Assembly (NCBI GenBank): GCA_963799485.1
Contig: CAWCXJ010000006.1
Location: 608,001-672,000, forward strand
Length of the DNA: 64,000 bases
From: an uncultured Trueperaceae bacterium
GTDB taxonomy: Bacteria; Deinococcota; Deinococci; Deinococcales; Trueperaceae
Direction of reading: 5' to 3'
A program made the translations under genes and the position numbers. Below, piece after piece: positions 39,501 through 49,924 of the stretch. The notes beneath the pieces are model-generated. The model was not told where the DNA came from. It saw only the letters and a program-made list of their open reading frames with translations, and made no database searches. Each line of letters begins with the position of its first letter. The stretch's first letter is position 1.

Positions 39501-41138
39501 AAGGTCAATGAGGAGATTGCCGCGATTCGCCGCTCGGTTCCGGGCGTCACCCTGATTTCGCCGCCGCCCCACCACGACATCTACTCGATTGAAGATTTAG
39601 CGCAGCTGATTTACGACCTCAAACGGGTGAATAAAGAAGCACGCGTCGGCGTCAAGCTCGTCGCTAGCGCCGGTGTCGGAACGATTGCTGCCGGGGTCGC
39701 CAAAGGCTACGCCGACAACATCCAGATTTCGGGTTTCGACGGCGGTACCGGCGCGTCACCGCTGTCGTCGGTCAAGCATTCGGGTGTGCCGTGGGAACTC
39801 GGTCTGGCGGAGACGCAGCAGGTTTTGCTCGAGAACAACCTCCGGGGCCGTGTCAGCTTGCGTGTGGACGGCGGCATGAAAACAGGCCGCGATGTGATGA
39901 TCGGGGCACTGTTAGGCGCAGAAGAGTACGGCTTCGGCACCTCGGCGCTCGTCGCGGCAGGTTGCACGATGCAGCGGGCGTGTCACCTCAACACCTGTTC
40001 GGTCGGCATTGCCACGCAGCGCGAAGACCTGCGCGCCAAGTTTCCGGGTCAACCCGAACACGTCGTCAACTTTCTCGTCTATGTGGCGCAGCAGGTGCGG
40101 ATGATTTTAGCTGAGTTGGGCTTCCGCAGCCTTGACGACGTAATCGGCCGCGTCGACCTACTGAGTGCTAAAGCGCCGCCGCACGCCAAAGCCGCGCTCG
40201 ACCTGAGCGCCGTTTTACACGACGCCGACCCGGGCGGCACCAAGCCGCGCCGCTCGCAGCGGCGGCATAACGACCGCCCTGAACCCGCCTTGCCGCTCGA
40301 CGAGACCATCTATCAGGACGCCAAAGAGATCATCTTGTCCGGGGAACCGCTCGCCAAGCGTTACATCATCACCAACCGTGAGCGGTCGGTCGGCGCACGG
40401 CTTGCCGGTGAGATTGCCCGCGTTTACGGCGACGCCGGGTTGCCGAACGGGACGGTTCAGTACGGGTTCGACGGGGTTGCCGGACAGAGCTTCGGTGTGT
40501 TTAACATCAGCGGCGTACAGCTGACCCTGGTGGGTGAAGCGCAGGATTACGTCGGCAAGGGGATGGCGGGCGGTGAGATTGTCGTCAAGCCGCCGCAAAA
40601 CGCGCCGTTTACGGCCTCGGAAAACACCATTATCGGCAATACCGTGCTTTACGGCGCGACCGGTGGCAGCCTCTTCGCAGCCGGGCGTGCCGGAGAACGG
40701 TTGGCGGTGCGTAATTCAGGTGCCAGCGTCGTCGTCGAAGGCTGCGGCGATCACGGTTGCGAGTATATGACCGGTGGCGTCGCAGTTATCCTCGGCTCTA
40801 CCGGGCGCAACTTCGGGGCGGGGATGTCGGGTGGCGTTGCCTATGTGTTTGATGAAAAGGACACGTTAGAGGGCCGCCTGAATGGTGAGATGGTCGCGTT
40901 GGAACGCCTTTCGGCGCAGGTTGACCGTGACCTGCTCAAGGCGCTCGTCGCGCGGCACGCGGCGCTGACCGGCAGCGCCCAAGCTACCGACCTCCTGGGC
41001 CGCTGGGAAACAGTGCTGGGGTCGTTCTGGAAAGTTGCGCCGAGTCAGGGCGACGCTCTGGAGGTCGGGGTGGGTCGGCTTCGAGTCCCTGCTACAAGGG
41101 CTGCAGCAACCTGCCGCCCTTTAGCGCGAAAGCCTTAA
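36579..41138 (+). CDS. gltB: Glutamate synthase large subunit
   Basis: ERDACGVGF, HNGEINT, MEPWDGP, KMAQGSKPGEGG, 3Fe-4S Cys cluster, GXGXG domain; TTG 36579 after AAAGGA. Confidence 0.97.
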   Translation: MKSDFATLAWPDERDACGVGFVADTHGRKSHTVLTHALTALDNLSHRGAVSADGLTGDGAGVLTQLPHKLFRRELEAQGVTLEHDSDLAVGVFFVSNASQFEELYRVAGEEINASHLTLLGWREVPIDVSALGDDARVRLPVMRQVLLGRPEGLDDDAFERLLYLTRKRLERRLFETQLGNFYIPSFSHRTISYKGLMVAPQLPSFYKDLADPDFETSVAVFHQRYSTNTMPRWSLAQPFRFLAHNGEINTLQGNVNFMRAREAVLESALWGDDVAELLPIVAPGGSDSAALDNAFELLVLSGRDPMLALMMLVPEAYEELTEMKPDLRAFYEYHGTLMEPWDGPAALALTDGRYAVAAVDRNGLRPQRYWLTRDGLVVVGSEAGMVPLDEADVIEKGKLEPGSILVVDTVEQKLLRNDEVKARVAAQHPYGEWLEAQAHAPERTAEPTDGLATRPWDEAALLRSQKMFGYNAEDYDRILGPMALSGDIPVGSMGDDTPLAVLSEQPQSLFRYFKQRFAQVTNPPIDPLRERLVMSLETLVGPRGKLLEEDPSSAQVVVFRSPVVDEAQFAWLKAQAWLSPTVLQARFAVASGPEGLETALAALCDDAVRAVEQGAGLLVISDREGGPEWAPIPSLLATAAVHHRLIETGLRTRTAIATEAGDLREDHHLACLIGYGAAIVHPYLALASARDAAAKAKEPVDEVTASKNYLKALEKGLLKIMSKMGISAVSSYRAAQIFEALGVSQTVIDRYFRGTPSRIGGAGLEAFAVDTLHFHAEAFGEDPKLKDRGLYRFRKAGEYHALNPLVFKALHKAVRTASFEAYGEYAKLVDERPACNLRDLLTYKKAEIPLPLEDVEPIDAIVTRFTTQAMSHGSVSRETHETLAIAMNRLHAKSNSGEGGEDARRFKPYTRDMPELSHAPWYPQKGDWGNSAIKQVASGRFGVTPEYLVSAQELEIKMAQGSKPGEGGQIPGHKVNEEIAAIRRSVPGVTLISPPPHHDIYSIEDLAQLIYDLKRVNKEARVGVKLVASAGVGTIAAGVAKGYADNIQISGFDGGTGASPLSSVKHSGVPWELGLAETQQVLLENNLRGRVSLRVDGGMKTGRDVMIGALLGAEEYGFGTSALVAAGCTMQRACHLNTCSVGIATQREDLRAKFPGQPEHVVNFLVYVAQQVRMILAELGFRSLDDVIGRVDLLSAKAPPHAKAALDLSAVLHDADPGGTKPRRSQRRHNDRPEPALPLDETIYQDAKEIILSGEPLAKRYIITNRERSVGARLAGEIARVYGDAGLPNGTVQYGFDGVAGQSFGVFNISGVQLTLVGEAQDYVGKGMAGGEIVVKPPQNAPFTASENTIIGNTVLYGATGGSLFAAGRAGERLAVRNSGASVVVEGCGDHGCEYMTGGVAVILGSTGRNFGAGMSGGVAYVFDEKDTLEGRLNGEMVALERLSAQVDRDLLKALVARHAALTGSAQATDLLGRWETVLGSFWKVAPSQGDALEVGVGRLRVPATRAAATCRPLARKP

Positions 41139-41141
41139 CGA

Positions 41142-41173
41142 AAGCGCCTCACTGTTTCGGCAGTGAGGCGCTT
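41142..41173 (+). terminator. gltB terminator-like hairpin
   Basis: AAGCGCCTCACTG-loop-CAGTGAGGCGCTT 13-bp stem. Confidence 0.75.
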
Positions 41174-41177
41174 CTAT

Positions 41178-41514
41178 TGCCTTTGATGACCTTTTTAGCA
41201 TTCCCGTTCTACTGCCGCTGCACCAGTTCAGTGGCAAACGAATGCCGCTTGTCGATCACGGTATCGTCAAAAAGTAAGTAACCCTTTAGACTTTCTTCCA
41301 ACTGTCCCTTGACGTTATCCCGAACCAGCCGGGGCGTGAGTTTCTCACCCTTTAGATAGCGGTTGACTGCATCGTGGCTGAAGGTGTCGGTGTAATCCGC
41401 AAAGTTCGTCAGGGTGTAGTTGATCTGGCTCACTAGCAGATACCGGCAATAGTCAAGTCTCGTGACTCCCATCTCCAAAAACTACTACACCGGCTCGCTC
41501 TGCGTAAGTCCTAG
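41178..41514 (-). mobile_element. IS701-family transposase 5' remnant
   Basis: TRLDYCRYLLVSQINYTLT...SHDAVNRYL...FDDTVIDK, internal stop, then GNAKKVIKG; end sequence CTAGGACTTACGCA. Confidence 0.8.
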
Positions 41515-41720
41515 CACATTCAAACTATGTGATAGCTCCCTCCTCTTTCAATATCTGTCCGAACTACTGTTATGTAAACAGCCAGGGATTTTCGCGAGTT
41601 TTCGGGGCAGAGTGCCGGAGTTGCTGTAGCGACCGTACCGTCTGAACAGGCAATGTTACGCGAAATAACAGCTTCACCTTTTGACCAATTCATCGTGTAT
41701 TTGAAAGTCGTAACTAAGCG

Positions 41721-41945
41721 CTACTCGTCAGGCGTTTCGTTTTCTGTTAGTGCGGTAAGTAACCTCGGGTCGAGTTCGCCCTGTTCGACCGCTCTATTAA
41801 GCATCTCGATGCCCAAGCGCACGACCTCGGATTTGGACACCAAACGTTCCGGGTTCGAGAGCTGATAAGCTGTTTTAGTTAGGAGCGAGTCCTGCTTTTC
41901 GGTGATGACCACCTGCAGCCGCTTGCTCTTTTCGCGTTTGGGCAT
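41721..41945 (-). CDS. Small ribbon-helix-helix (CopG-like) regulator
   Basis: KRLQVVI beta-ribbon plus SKSEVVRLGI helix; GGAGG RBS; divergent from murA. Confidence 0.75.
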   Translation of the reverse strand: MPKREKSKRLQVVITEKQDSLLTKTAYQLSNPERLVSKSEVVRLGIEMLNRAVEQGELDPRLLTALTENETPDE

Positions 41946-41976
41946 CCCTTGCCTCCGTGCTAGAGTTTAGCATTAT

Positions 41977-42028
41977 GTTACACACCTTGACAATGACGAA
42001 TGAACCTCGTACAGTTGTCGTGTGTAAC
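41977..42028 (+). promoter_or_regulatory. murA promoter bracketed by 9-bp inverted repeats
   Basis: GTTACACAC (41977-41985), TTGACA-17-TACAGT (41987-42015), GTGTGTAAC (42020-42028). Confidence 0.6.
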
Positions 42029-42102
42029 TTGTGTATATGATGTTGTATTCTTCCGGGTTGGATGTTACCGTGAGAGCGCGCCGTCGGCGCTTAGAGGAGA
42101 CG

Positions 42103-43404
42103 ATGGAAACGCATCTTGACGCTTTTTATGTGAGTGGAGGCCGCCCGTTACGCGGCGAAGTCGCTGTTTACAGTGCAAAAAATTCCGCGCTTTACCTGAT
42201 TCTGGGGGCGCTACTAACCCGTGACCCGGTAGTTCTTAAAGAGGTGCCGCGTCTTAGCGACGTTTTGGCAATGTGTGAGCTACTAGAACATTTTGGGGCA
42301 CGTACCACTTGGATAGGCCGCGACCTTCACATAGACGCTGCTGAGCTTGTGACCACCGACGCGCCTTACGCGCTCGTCAGTCAGCTTCGCGCCAGTTTCG
42401 TAGCGATGGGCGCGCTTTTAGGGCGTTGCGGCGAGGCGCATATTTCGATGCCGGGGGGGTGCGCCTTCGGGCCGCGCCCGGTCGATCGCCACATCAAGGC
42501 GTTCCGGCAGCTCGGGGTGGACTTTGCCGAAATCAAAGGCGATTTTCACGCCCAGCGGCGCGACCCGCTCGCCGGACGGGTTGTCTTCGACGCGCCTACG
42601 GTCGGGGGTACGCAAAACATTATCCTGGCCTCTGCGCTCGGGAGCGAGCGGGTTATCATCGAAAACGCCGCCTTAGAGCCCGAAATCGCCGACTTGGTCG
42701 AGATGTTAAACAGCATGGGCGCGCGTATCGCGGGTGCCGGAACCCATACGCTTGTGATCGACGGCGTTGCGGCGCTTTCAGGGACGACCTACAAACCGCT
42801 TCCCGACCGTATCGAAGCCGGGACGCTGCTCCTAGCTGCCGCCGCGACACGGGGGCAGCTTAGCTTGCGCGGCGTTCGAGCCGAACACTTGCGGGCCGTG
42901 ATTGCCAAACTCGAGGAGAGCGGCGCTACTGTCCTCGAGCTTTCATCCGATACGCTCTACCTCGACGCCACCGGGCCGCTCTCACCGGTCGATGTAGTGG
43001 CTTTAGAGTACCCGGGTTTGCCGACCGATTTGCAAGCTCCGTTCGGCGCGTATTTGGCGACGATTCCGGGGACGAGCGTCGTGACCGACCGGGTTTACCC
43101 GGACCGCTTTACGCATGTCGGTGAGTTGGCGCGAACCGGGGCACGGCTCGAGCTGCGCGAACACACCCTCGTGATTCGCGGGGGCGTGCTGCGCGGCGCG
43201 CCGATGCACGCTGCCGACATCCGGGCGGGGGGCGCACTGGTCATCGCGGCGCTTGCGGCGCGCGGTCACTCGACGATAACGGGCGTGCAGTACATCCGCC
43301 GGGGCTATGAACGCCTCGCTGAGCGGCTTGGCAGCTTGGGTGCGAACATCTATCTGGGCGCTGCCCCGACTACAACGTTGGGAACGGGAACTTACGGCGA
43401 CTAG
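42103..43404 (+). CDS. murA: UDP-N-acetylglucosamine enolpyruvyl transferase
   Basis: AKNS, PGGCAFGPRPVDRH, DRIEAGT, PTDLQ, DIRAG; ATG 42103 after GAGGAG. Confidence 0.95.
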   Translation: METHLDAFYVSGGRPLRGEVAVYSAKNSALYLILGALLTRDPVVLKEVPRLSDVLAMCELLEHFGARTTWIGRDLHIDAAELVTTDAPYALVSQLRASFVAMGALLGRCGEAHISMPGGCAFGPRPVDRHIKAFRQLGVDFAEIKGDFHAQRRDPLAGRVVFDAPTVGGTQNIILASALGSERVIIENAALEPEIADLVEMLNSMGARIAGAGTHTLVIDGVAALSGTTYKPLPDRIEAGTLLLAAAATRGQLSLRGVRAEHLRAVIAKLEESGATVLELSSDTLYLDATGPLSPVDVVALEYPGLPTDLQAPFGAYLATIPGTSVVTDRVYPDRFTHVGELARTGARLELREHTLVIRGGVLRGAPMHAADIRAGGALVIAALAARGHSTITGVQYIRRGYERLAERLGSLGANIYLGAAPTTTLGTGTYGD

Positions 43405-43428
43405 TTGGCTTCGCTTCTTTTGAGTTGT

Positions 43429-43845
43429 TTACAAATACTTGCCGAGCATGACCATCTTTTCGCTCGTATAAAACCCGCACGCATGATAAAACGCTTGTGC
43501 CGAGCCGCCTCGAGCCGTGAGCAAGTACAACTTGCTGACCTCTTGTGCTTTGAGATTGACCTCGAGTCCCCTCAGCAGTTTTTTGCCGATACCCTGTCCC
43601 TGATGTTAAGCCGAAATGCACATCTCTGAAAGATAGAACTGCCGGTCTCGGTCACGCTGTTCACTGTGCCCTAGAGCAAACCCGATAACTTCACCTTTAT
43701 CCTCGGCAACTACGCCCAACGAACGCGGCGTATCCAACAGGTCGCGCAGGTAAGTTGAAGCTGTGCCTAGTGTCCACGCCTCGCTCCACGGTTCACCGTT
43801 AAAAACAGCTACAAAACCTTTAGCGCTCGAGTCCAGATGCCGCAT
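43429..43845 (-). pseudogene. GNAT acetyltransferase with an in-frame stop
   Basis: FNGEPWSEAW...EMCISA*HQGQGIGKKLL...AFYHACGF; TAA at 43606-43608, same frame continues to 43429. Confidence 0.8.
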
Positions 43846-43865
43846 TTCAAACGGCTCTAAGGCGT

Positions 43866-45371
43866 CTATTCGCCACGCCTCGAGTAGTTCGGTGCGTCTT
43901 TGGTAATCGTCACGTCGTGCGGATGTCCTTCGATCAGACTGGCCTGCGTGATGGTCACAAACTGCGCCCGCTCCTGCAACGCCGTGATGTCCTCCGCGCC
44001 GCAATAGCCCATCGCGCTCCGCAGGCCGCCCAGCATTTGATATAGAACATCGCCGACCGGCCCCTTGTACGGCACCATGCCTTCGATGCCTTCCGGAACG
44101 AGCTTTTTGGCGTCTTCTTGAAAGTAGCGGTCGGCGCTGCCGGTTTCCATCGCGCCTAAGGAGCCCATCCCCCGGTACGCCTTGTAACGGCGACCGTCGC
44201 GTAAAATCGCCTCGCCGGGAGCTTCGGTAGTTCCGGCGAGCATCGAACCGACCATCACACAATCTGCGCCCGCCGCGAGCGCTTTGGGCAGATCGCCGGT
44301 CATCTTGATGCCGCCGTCGGCAACGACCGGGACGCCCGAGCCCCTTGCCGCTTCAACCACGTCCATAATCGCGGTGAGCTGCGGCATTCCGACGCCGGTC
44401 ACGACGCGGGTCGTGCAGATACTCCCCGGCCCGATGCCGACTTTGATACCGTCTACGCCCCTCGCAAGCAAATCCTGCGCCGCCTCCCCCGTAGCGATGT
44501 TCCCTGCCACCACGTCCACATCAAAACTCTCTTTAAGGTAGGTGAGCGCGTCTAAAATCCCTTGCGAATGACCGTGCGCGCTGTCCAGCACAAGCACGTC
44601 AACCCCGGCTTGGACAAGTGCTTCGGCTCGAGCTTCCAGATCGCCTGAAACCCCGACCGCCGCACCGACGCGTAAACGCCCGAGTTCGTCTTTGGCAGCA
44701 AAGGGGTACTCGAGGTTCTTGGTAATATCTTTGATCGTAATCAGCCCTTTAAGCATGTAGGCGTCATCGACGACGAGCAGCTTTTCAACCTTGTGATGTT
44801 TCAAGATGTCGCGGGCTTGCTCCAAGGTCGTGCCGACCGGCACCGTAACTAGATTGTCTTTGGTCATCAGCTCGGCGACGCGCCGCGAATAGTCGGTTTC
44901 AAACCGCAAATCGCGGTTGGTCAAGATGCCGACCAAGCGCCCGTCCGGTTCGACAATCGGGACGCCGCTGATGCGGTAGTCGCGCATCAAAGCTTCGGCC
45001 TGCTGCAAGGTTGCACCCTGCCCCAGCGTAATCGGGTCGGTAATCATCCCGGCTTCGGAGCGTTTGACCTTCATCACCATCTCGGCTTGCGCGGCCACCG
45101 AAAGCTTTTTGTGAATAACGCCCAGACCGCCTTGCCGCGCCATAGAAATCGCCATCTGCGTCTCGGTTACGGTGTCCATCGCCGACGAGCTGATGGGAAT
45201 GTTGAGCGGGACGTTGCGCGAAAACCGGGTGTGTAACAGAGCGTCTTTGGGCAGAATCTGCGAGTGCGCCGGGACGAGCAGCACATCGTCGAAGGTCAGG
45301 GCCTCGCCGCGAAACTTCGTGGTTCGGGTGTTTTGCGGGGTGTCTAGCGGCTTGATCACGGGCTTACCCAC
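43866..45371 (-). CDS. guaB: IMP dehydrogenase
   Basis: [11 protein letters not shown] pair, [18 protein letters not shown]. Confidence 0.97.
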   Translation of the reverse strand: MGKPVIKPLDTPQNTRTTKFRGEALTFDDVLLVPAHSQILPKDALLHTRFSRNVPLNIPISSSAMDTVTETQMAISMARQGGLGVIHKKLSVAAQAEMVMKVKRSEAGMITDPITLGQGATLQQAEALMRDYRISGVPIVEPDGRLVGILTNRDLRFETDYSRRVAELMTKDNLVTVPVGTTLEQARDILKHHKVEKLLVVDDAYMLKGLITIKDITKNLEYPFAAKDELGRLRVGAAVGVSGDLEARAEALVQAGVDVLVLDSAHGHSQGILDALTYLKESFDVDVVAGNIATGEAAQDLLARGVDGIKVGIGPGSICTTRVVTGVGMPQLTAIMDVVEAARGSGVPVVADGGIKMTGDLPKALAAGADCVMVGSMLAGTTEAPGEAILRDGRRYKAYRGMGSLGAMETGSADRYFQEDAKKLVPEGIEGMVPYKGPVGDVLYQMLGGLRSAMGYCGAEDITALQERAQFVTITQASLIEGHPHDVTITKDAPNYSRRGE

Positions 45372-45453
45372 TTTCTTTTTGTGTGAGGCGGCGTTTGTCG
45401 GCGACTGGCTTTTTACGAGGAGCTGCGTCTAAGGCAGCTCGAGCTGCCTTATC

Positions 45454-45846
45454 CTAAAGGGTTGTGACGTGTGGGTAAAGCGCCTCAAGCCACACCTTCG
45501 GGAGTCTGAGGGCGCGTCCGGCTTTATCTACCGGCGTATGCAAGGTGTCGCCCGTGGCAACTTTCTCGTCACCCCGAAAAACGGCGTAGTGATAGCGGGC
45601 GCGGCGGCTTTTGAGTTCGGTCAGGGTGGCCTGAATGAAAAGTTCGTCGTCGAAACGGCTGCTTTTTAGGTACTGCACGTTGACGGCGCTCACCGCGAGC
45701 GAGATGCCGGTGTCCTCGAGCCGCCGGTAGTCGAGCCCCCGAGCGCGCAACCACTCGACGCGGGCGGCTTCAAACCAGATCACGTAGGCGCTGTGGTGGG
45801 CCACGCCCATCTGGTCGGTCTCGGCAAAACGGACGCGCAGCCTCAC
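45454..45846 (-). CDS. Acyl-CoA thioesterase (YbgC/FadM family)
   Basis: VRFAETDQMGVAHH...WFEAAR. Confidence 0.88.
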   Translation of the reverse strand: MRLRVRFAETDQMGVAHHSAYVIWFEAARVEWLRARGLDYRRLEDTGISLAVSAVNVQYLKSSRFDDELFIQATLTELKSRRARYHYAVFRGDEKVATGDTLHTPVDKAGRALRLPKVWLEALYPHVTTL

Positions 45847-45850
45847 GTGC

Positions 45851-46144
45851 TCACATGACCTCGAGCGGGTTCGCCGTAAAAATCAGCTTCGGGGTTCGGC
45901 GCAAGTCGAGGTCGTGCGCCAGCTCACGCTGCAAAAAGCCGCTGGCCCGCGCTAAAGCGTCTTGCAAGTCCTGCATATCGTCTTCGTTGAGGGTGCTGAC
46001 GAGCACTTTGGCCTGCGAATAATCGTTGCTGAGTTTAACTCGCTCGACCGTAATCACCAGCGGAATACGGGGGTCTTTAAGCTGCGGAATCCGTTCGCCC
46101 AGGGCGCGGAGGAGGGTACGTTCGTTACGTTCGCGTGCGTCCAT
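45851..46144 (-). CDS. rbfA: Ribosome-binding factor A
   Basis: LKDPRI, ASGFLQ, LRRTPKLIF; ATG 46144. Confidence 0.88.
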   Translation of the reverse strand: MDARERNERTLLRALGERIPQLKDPRIPLVITVERVKLSNDYSQAKVLVSTLNEDDMQDLQDALARASGFLQRELAHDLDLRRTPKLIFTANPLEVM

Positions 46145-46290
46145 CCGAGTAGAATAACGCACCCCAAGCGTCAACTTTGGCTGCGGTGAGCCATTTTCAG
46201 GTGAACTCGAGGTTCGCTGACCGCTCGGCGCAGCTAAAGGAGAAAGCGACGTAAAGACGCTTTCTCCCTCGTGTATTCCTGGTTCCGGTG

Positions 46291-47007
46291 CTACTTTTTC
46301 GGCGGTTTGCTCGGTCTGACCTCGACCCGGCTCGGCAGGGTGCGCTCGGGCAGTTTCAGCAAGGACACCACGATGTCGGCGATGTCTTCAGGCTGAATCT
46401 TCCAGGCGTCTTCGTCGGATACTGCTTGGCCGCCGAACGAGGTCGCTACCGACCCCGGCATGATGGTCGAAACCTGAATGTCGTCTTGCCGCAGGTCGAG
46501 CATGATAGCTTCGCTGAAGCCGTTTAACCCGAACTTGGAGGCGTTGTACGCCGAGCCGCCCGCCATCGGGTTTTTACCCGCGAGTGACGAAATCGTAAAG
46601 ATGTAGCCGCCCTGCTTTTTAAGCGCGCCTAAAGACGCCTTGATGCTGTAAAAAACGCCGGTAAGGTTGGTGTCGATGGTGTTGTTCCACTGCTCGGGCG
46701 TCATCTCCTGAATCGTGGCGAAGGTACCGAATCCTGCGTTGGCGACGAGCACCTTGAGCCCCCCGAACTCGTCCACCGTCTTTTTTACGGCGTCTTGCTG
46801 GTCATCAAAGCTGCGAACATCGCAGACAACGCCTAGGGCGCGTCCCGGCCCCTGTTCCGTGAGTTTTTGTGCAGCTGCCGTCACTTCGTCGTCGTGGCGC
46901 GAGGTGATGGTCACGTTGACGCCTTCTTTGACGAGCGCATAGGCGACGCCGTAGCCGATCCCTTTGCTGCCGCCGGTTACTAATGCAGTTTTTCCGGTTA
47001 GGTCCAT
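46291..47007 (-). CDS. SDR oxidoreductase
   Basis: TGGSKGIG, ANAG, YNASK. Confidence 0.92.
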   Translation of the reverse strand: MDLTGKTALVTGGSKGIGYGVAYALVKEGVNVTITSRHDDEVTAAAQKLTEQGPGRALGVVCDVRSFDDQQDAVKKTVDEFGGLKVLVANAGFGTFATIQEMTPEQWNNTIDTNLTGVFYSIKASLGALKKQGGYIFTISSLAGKNPMAGGSAYNASKFGLNGFSEAIMLDLRQDDIQVSTIMPGSVATSFGGQAVSDEDAWKIQPEDIADIVVSLLKLPERTLPSRVEVRPSKPPKK

Positions 47008-47102
47008 GCTTTACGCTAACAAGCTTCGGGTAAGGGTTTTGCAACGCTCGTGACAAACCCCGCTGCGCTCCCGGTTTAGGCTGCCCTGCATAAGGAGGCG
47101 TT

Positions 47103-48085
<983 letters not shown>

Positions 48086-48089
<4 letters not shown>

Positions 48090-48703
48090 CGTTTCGGATT
48101 TGCCTCAACCCAGCGCCACAAGTACCAGACCGCCGCGCTCCGGTACGGGCGAAAACGCTCACCCAAAGTTTCGACCTCCGCAATCGTCGAGAGGTCGTAG
48201 TAGCGTTCGGCGGCGCGCACCACGCCCATGTCTTTGAGCGACCAAACGTCGGGACGACCCAGTGCAAAAATTAAAAACATCTCAGCCGTCCACCCGCCGA
48301 CACCGCGAAGGGCGACGAGTCGCGCGGTTACGTCTGCGTCGCCGAGGTCGGCGAGGTCGTCCAAACCGCCGTCTAGCGTGTACTTCGCGAGCCCGTGCAG
48401 ATACTCCCCTTTACGGCGCGGGACGCCGAGCGCCAGAAGTTCATCAGACGTATGTTTCAAGATACGCTCCGGTTCGATGTGGGTGGCAGCCTCGAGCCGG
48501 TTGAACGTCGCCCGCGCCGCCGCGCCCGAAATAAGCTGTCCGACAACTGCCCTTACCAGAGACCGAAACGGGGGTGACAGAGGCCAGCTGTAGGGGCCGA
48601 AATGCTCTATCAGTACCTGCATTTTGGGGTCTTCAGCCAAAAGCTCCAACGCGTCAGGGTCAGCGTGGACCTGCTGCTCTGAAACGCCTGCATAGCTTGT
48701 CAC
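48086..48703 (-). CDS. alkA: DNA-3-methyladenine glycosylase II (HhH-GPD)
   Basis: [41 protein letters not shown]. Confidence 0.82.
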
Positions 48704-48885
48704 AGCGTCTTGCCGCCGCCAACCGCCAACCGCTTCCCGGTCATGAAGTTGGCCTCGTCACTTGCTAAAAAGGTCGCCGGAAGCTTGGTGTCTTCAGGAA
48801 CGCCGCGCCGCTTTGCTACTGCGCTACCCAAGCCCCGCGAGGCTCCCGTTACAAGCGCCACCCGACCGTGCAGCTCAAAGTTCAT
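48700..48885 (-). pseudogene. SDR gene with a large internal deletion
   Basis: N-terminus GRVALVTGASRGLG fused directly to C-terminus FLASDEANFMTG..L.VGGG; only 61 aa. Confidence 0.8.
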
Positions 48886-49067
48886 CGTTGCTCCTTGCTC
48901 TAACTGATTCAGAGAGACGTTATTCCGCAGTTTCGTAAAAAGCGATAACGCACGAAAAATGTCTCTGCACTATAACGGCTACAGTTGCTGCCTCTCGCAC
49001 AACCTTTCAGTTCGGCCTGTCAACCTCAAAACCGAACGAAAAGACCGCCGACCGTTAAACTTTCCCC

Positions 49068-49859
49068 ATGACCCAAAACGAAACCCACCGCCGCGTCCAA
49101 GCCCAGTTCGGGCGCACCGCAGATGCTTACGTTACCAGTACAGGTCACGCCAAAGGCGCAGAACTCACGGAGATGGTGACGCTCGCCGGAAATCTTCTCG
49201 GAGGTTTACGGGGCCGTAAAACCCTCGATGTGGCGACCGGCGGCGGGCACACGGCGCTCGCCTTTGCCAAAGCGGGCGCTGCGGTGACGGCCACCGACCT
49301 CACGCCCGAGATGCTTACGGCGGCCCGGACGTTTGTGCAGGCGAACGGGGGAGAGGCCGTGCAGTTTACGGCGGCAGCAGCTGAATCGTTGCCGTTCGAC
49401 GCCGAGAGTTTCGACCTCGTAACGTGCCGCATCGCCGCACATCATTTTGCCGACCCCCGGCAGTTCGTCCGGGAAGCGGCGCGGGTTTTGCGTCCGGGCG
49501 GGCTGCTTCTGCTCGTAGACAACGTTTCGCCGGAGGAGCCGGGGTTGGCAGCGGCAATGAACGACGTCGAAAAGAGACGTGACCCCAGCCACGTGTGGGC
49601 GTATTCTGTGCGGCAGTGGGTGATGTGGCTGGCGGATGCGGGGTTAGACGCACAGCACCTTTCGCGCTGGTGGGTGCAGAAGCCGTATTGGGCGTGGCTT
49701 ACGCGGGCACAAACCCCTAAAGACGTGGGTGAAGCGCTCTCTAAAGACATCTTGAACCTGTCGCCGGCACAAAAGGCTTATTTGCAGGTGCGAGAGGGTG
49801 AAGGGGGGCTCGAGTCCCTGGCCCACGAAGCGGTGCTGCTCATCGGCAAAAAGCAATGA
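49068..49859 (+). CDS. Class I SAM-dependent methyltransferase
   Basis: LDVATGGGH, AESLPF, FDLVTCRIAAHHF, VLRPGG. Confidence 0.9.
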   Translation: MTQNETHRRVQAQFGRTADAYVTSTGHAKGAELTEMVTLAGNLLGGLRGRKTLDVATGGGHTALAFAKAGAAVTATDLTPEMLTAARTFVQANGGEAVQFTAAAAESLPFDAESFDLVTCRIAAHHFADPRQFVREAARVLRPGGLLLLVDNVSPEEPGLAAAMNDVEKRRDPSHVWAYSVRQWVMWLADAGLDAQHLSRWWVQKPYWAWLTRAQTPKDVGEALSKDILNLSPAQKAYLQVREGEGGLESLAHEAVLLIGKKQ

Positions 49860-49924
49860 GTACCGAGCAATGAGTGGAACCGAAAGCTTTACTCATTGCT
49901 CGTTGCTTCTAACTTGTTGCTTCG

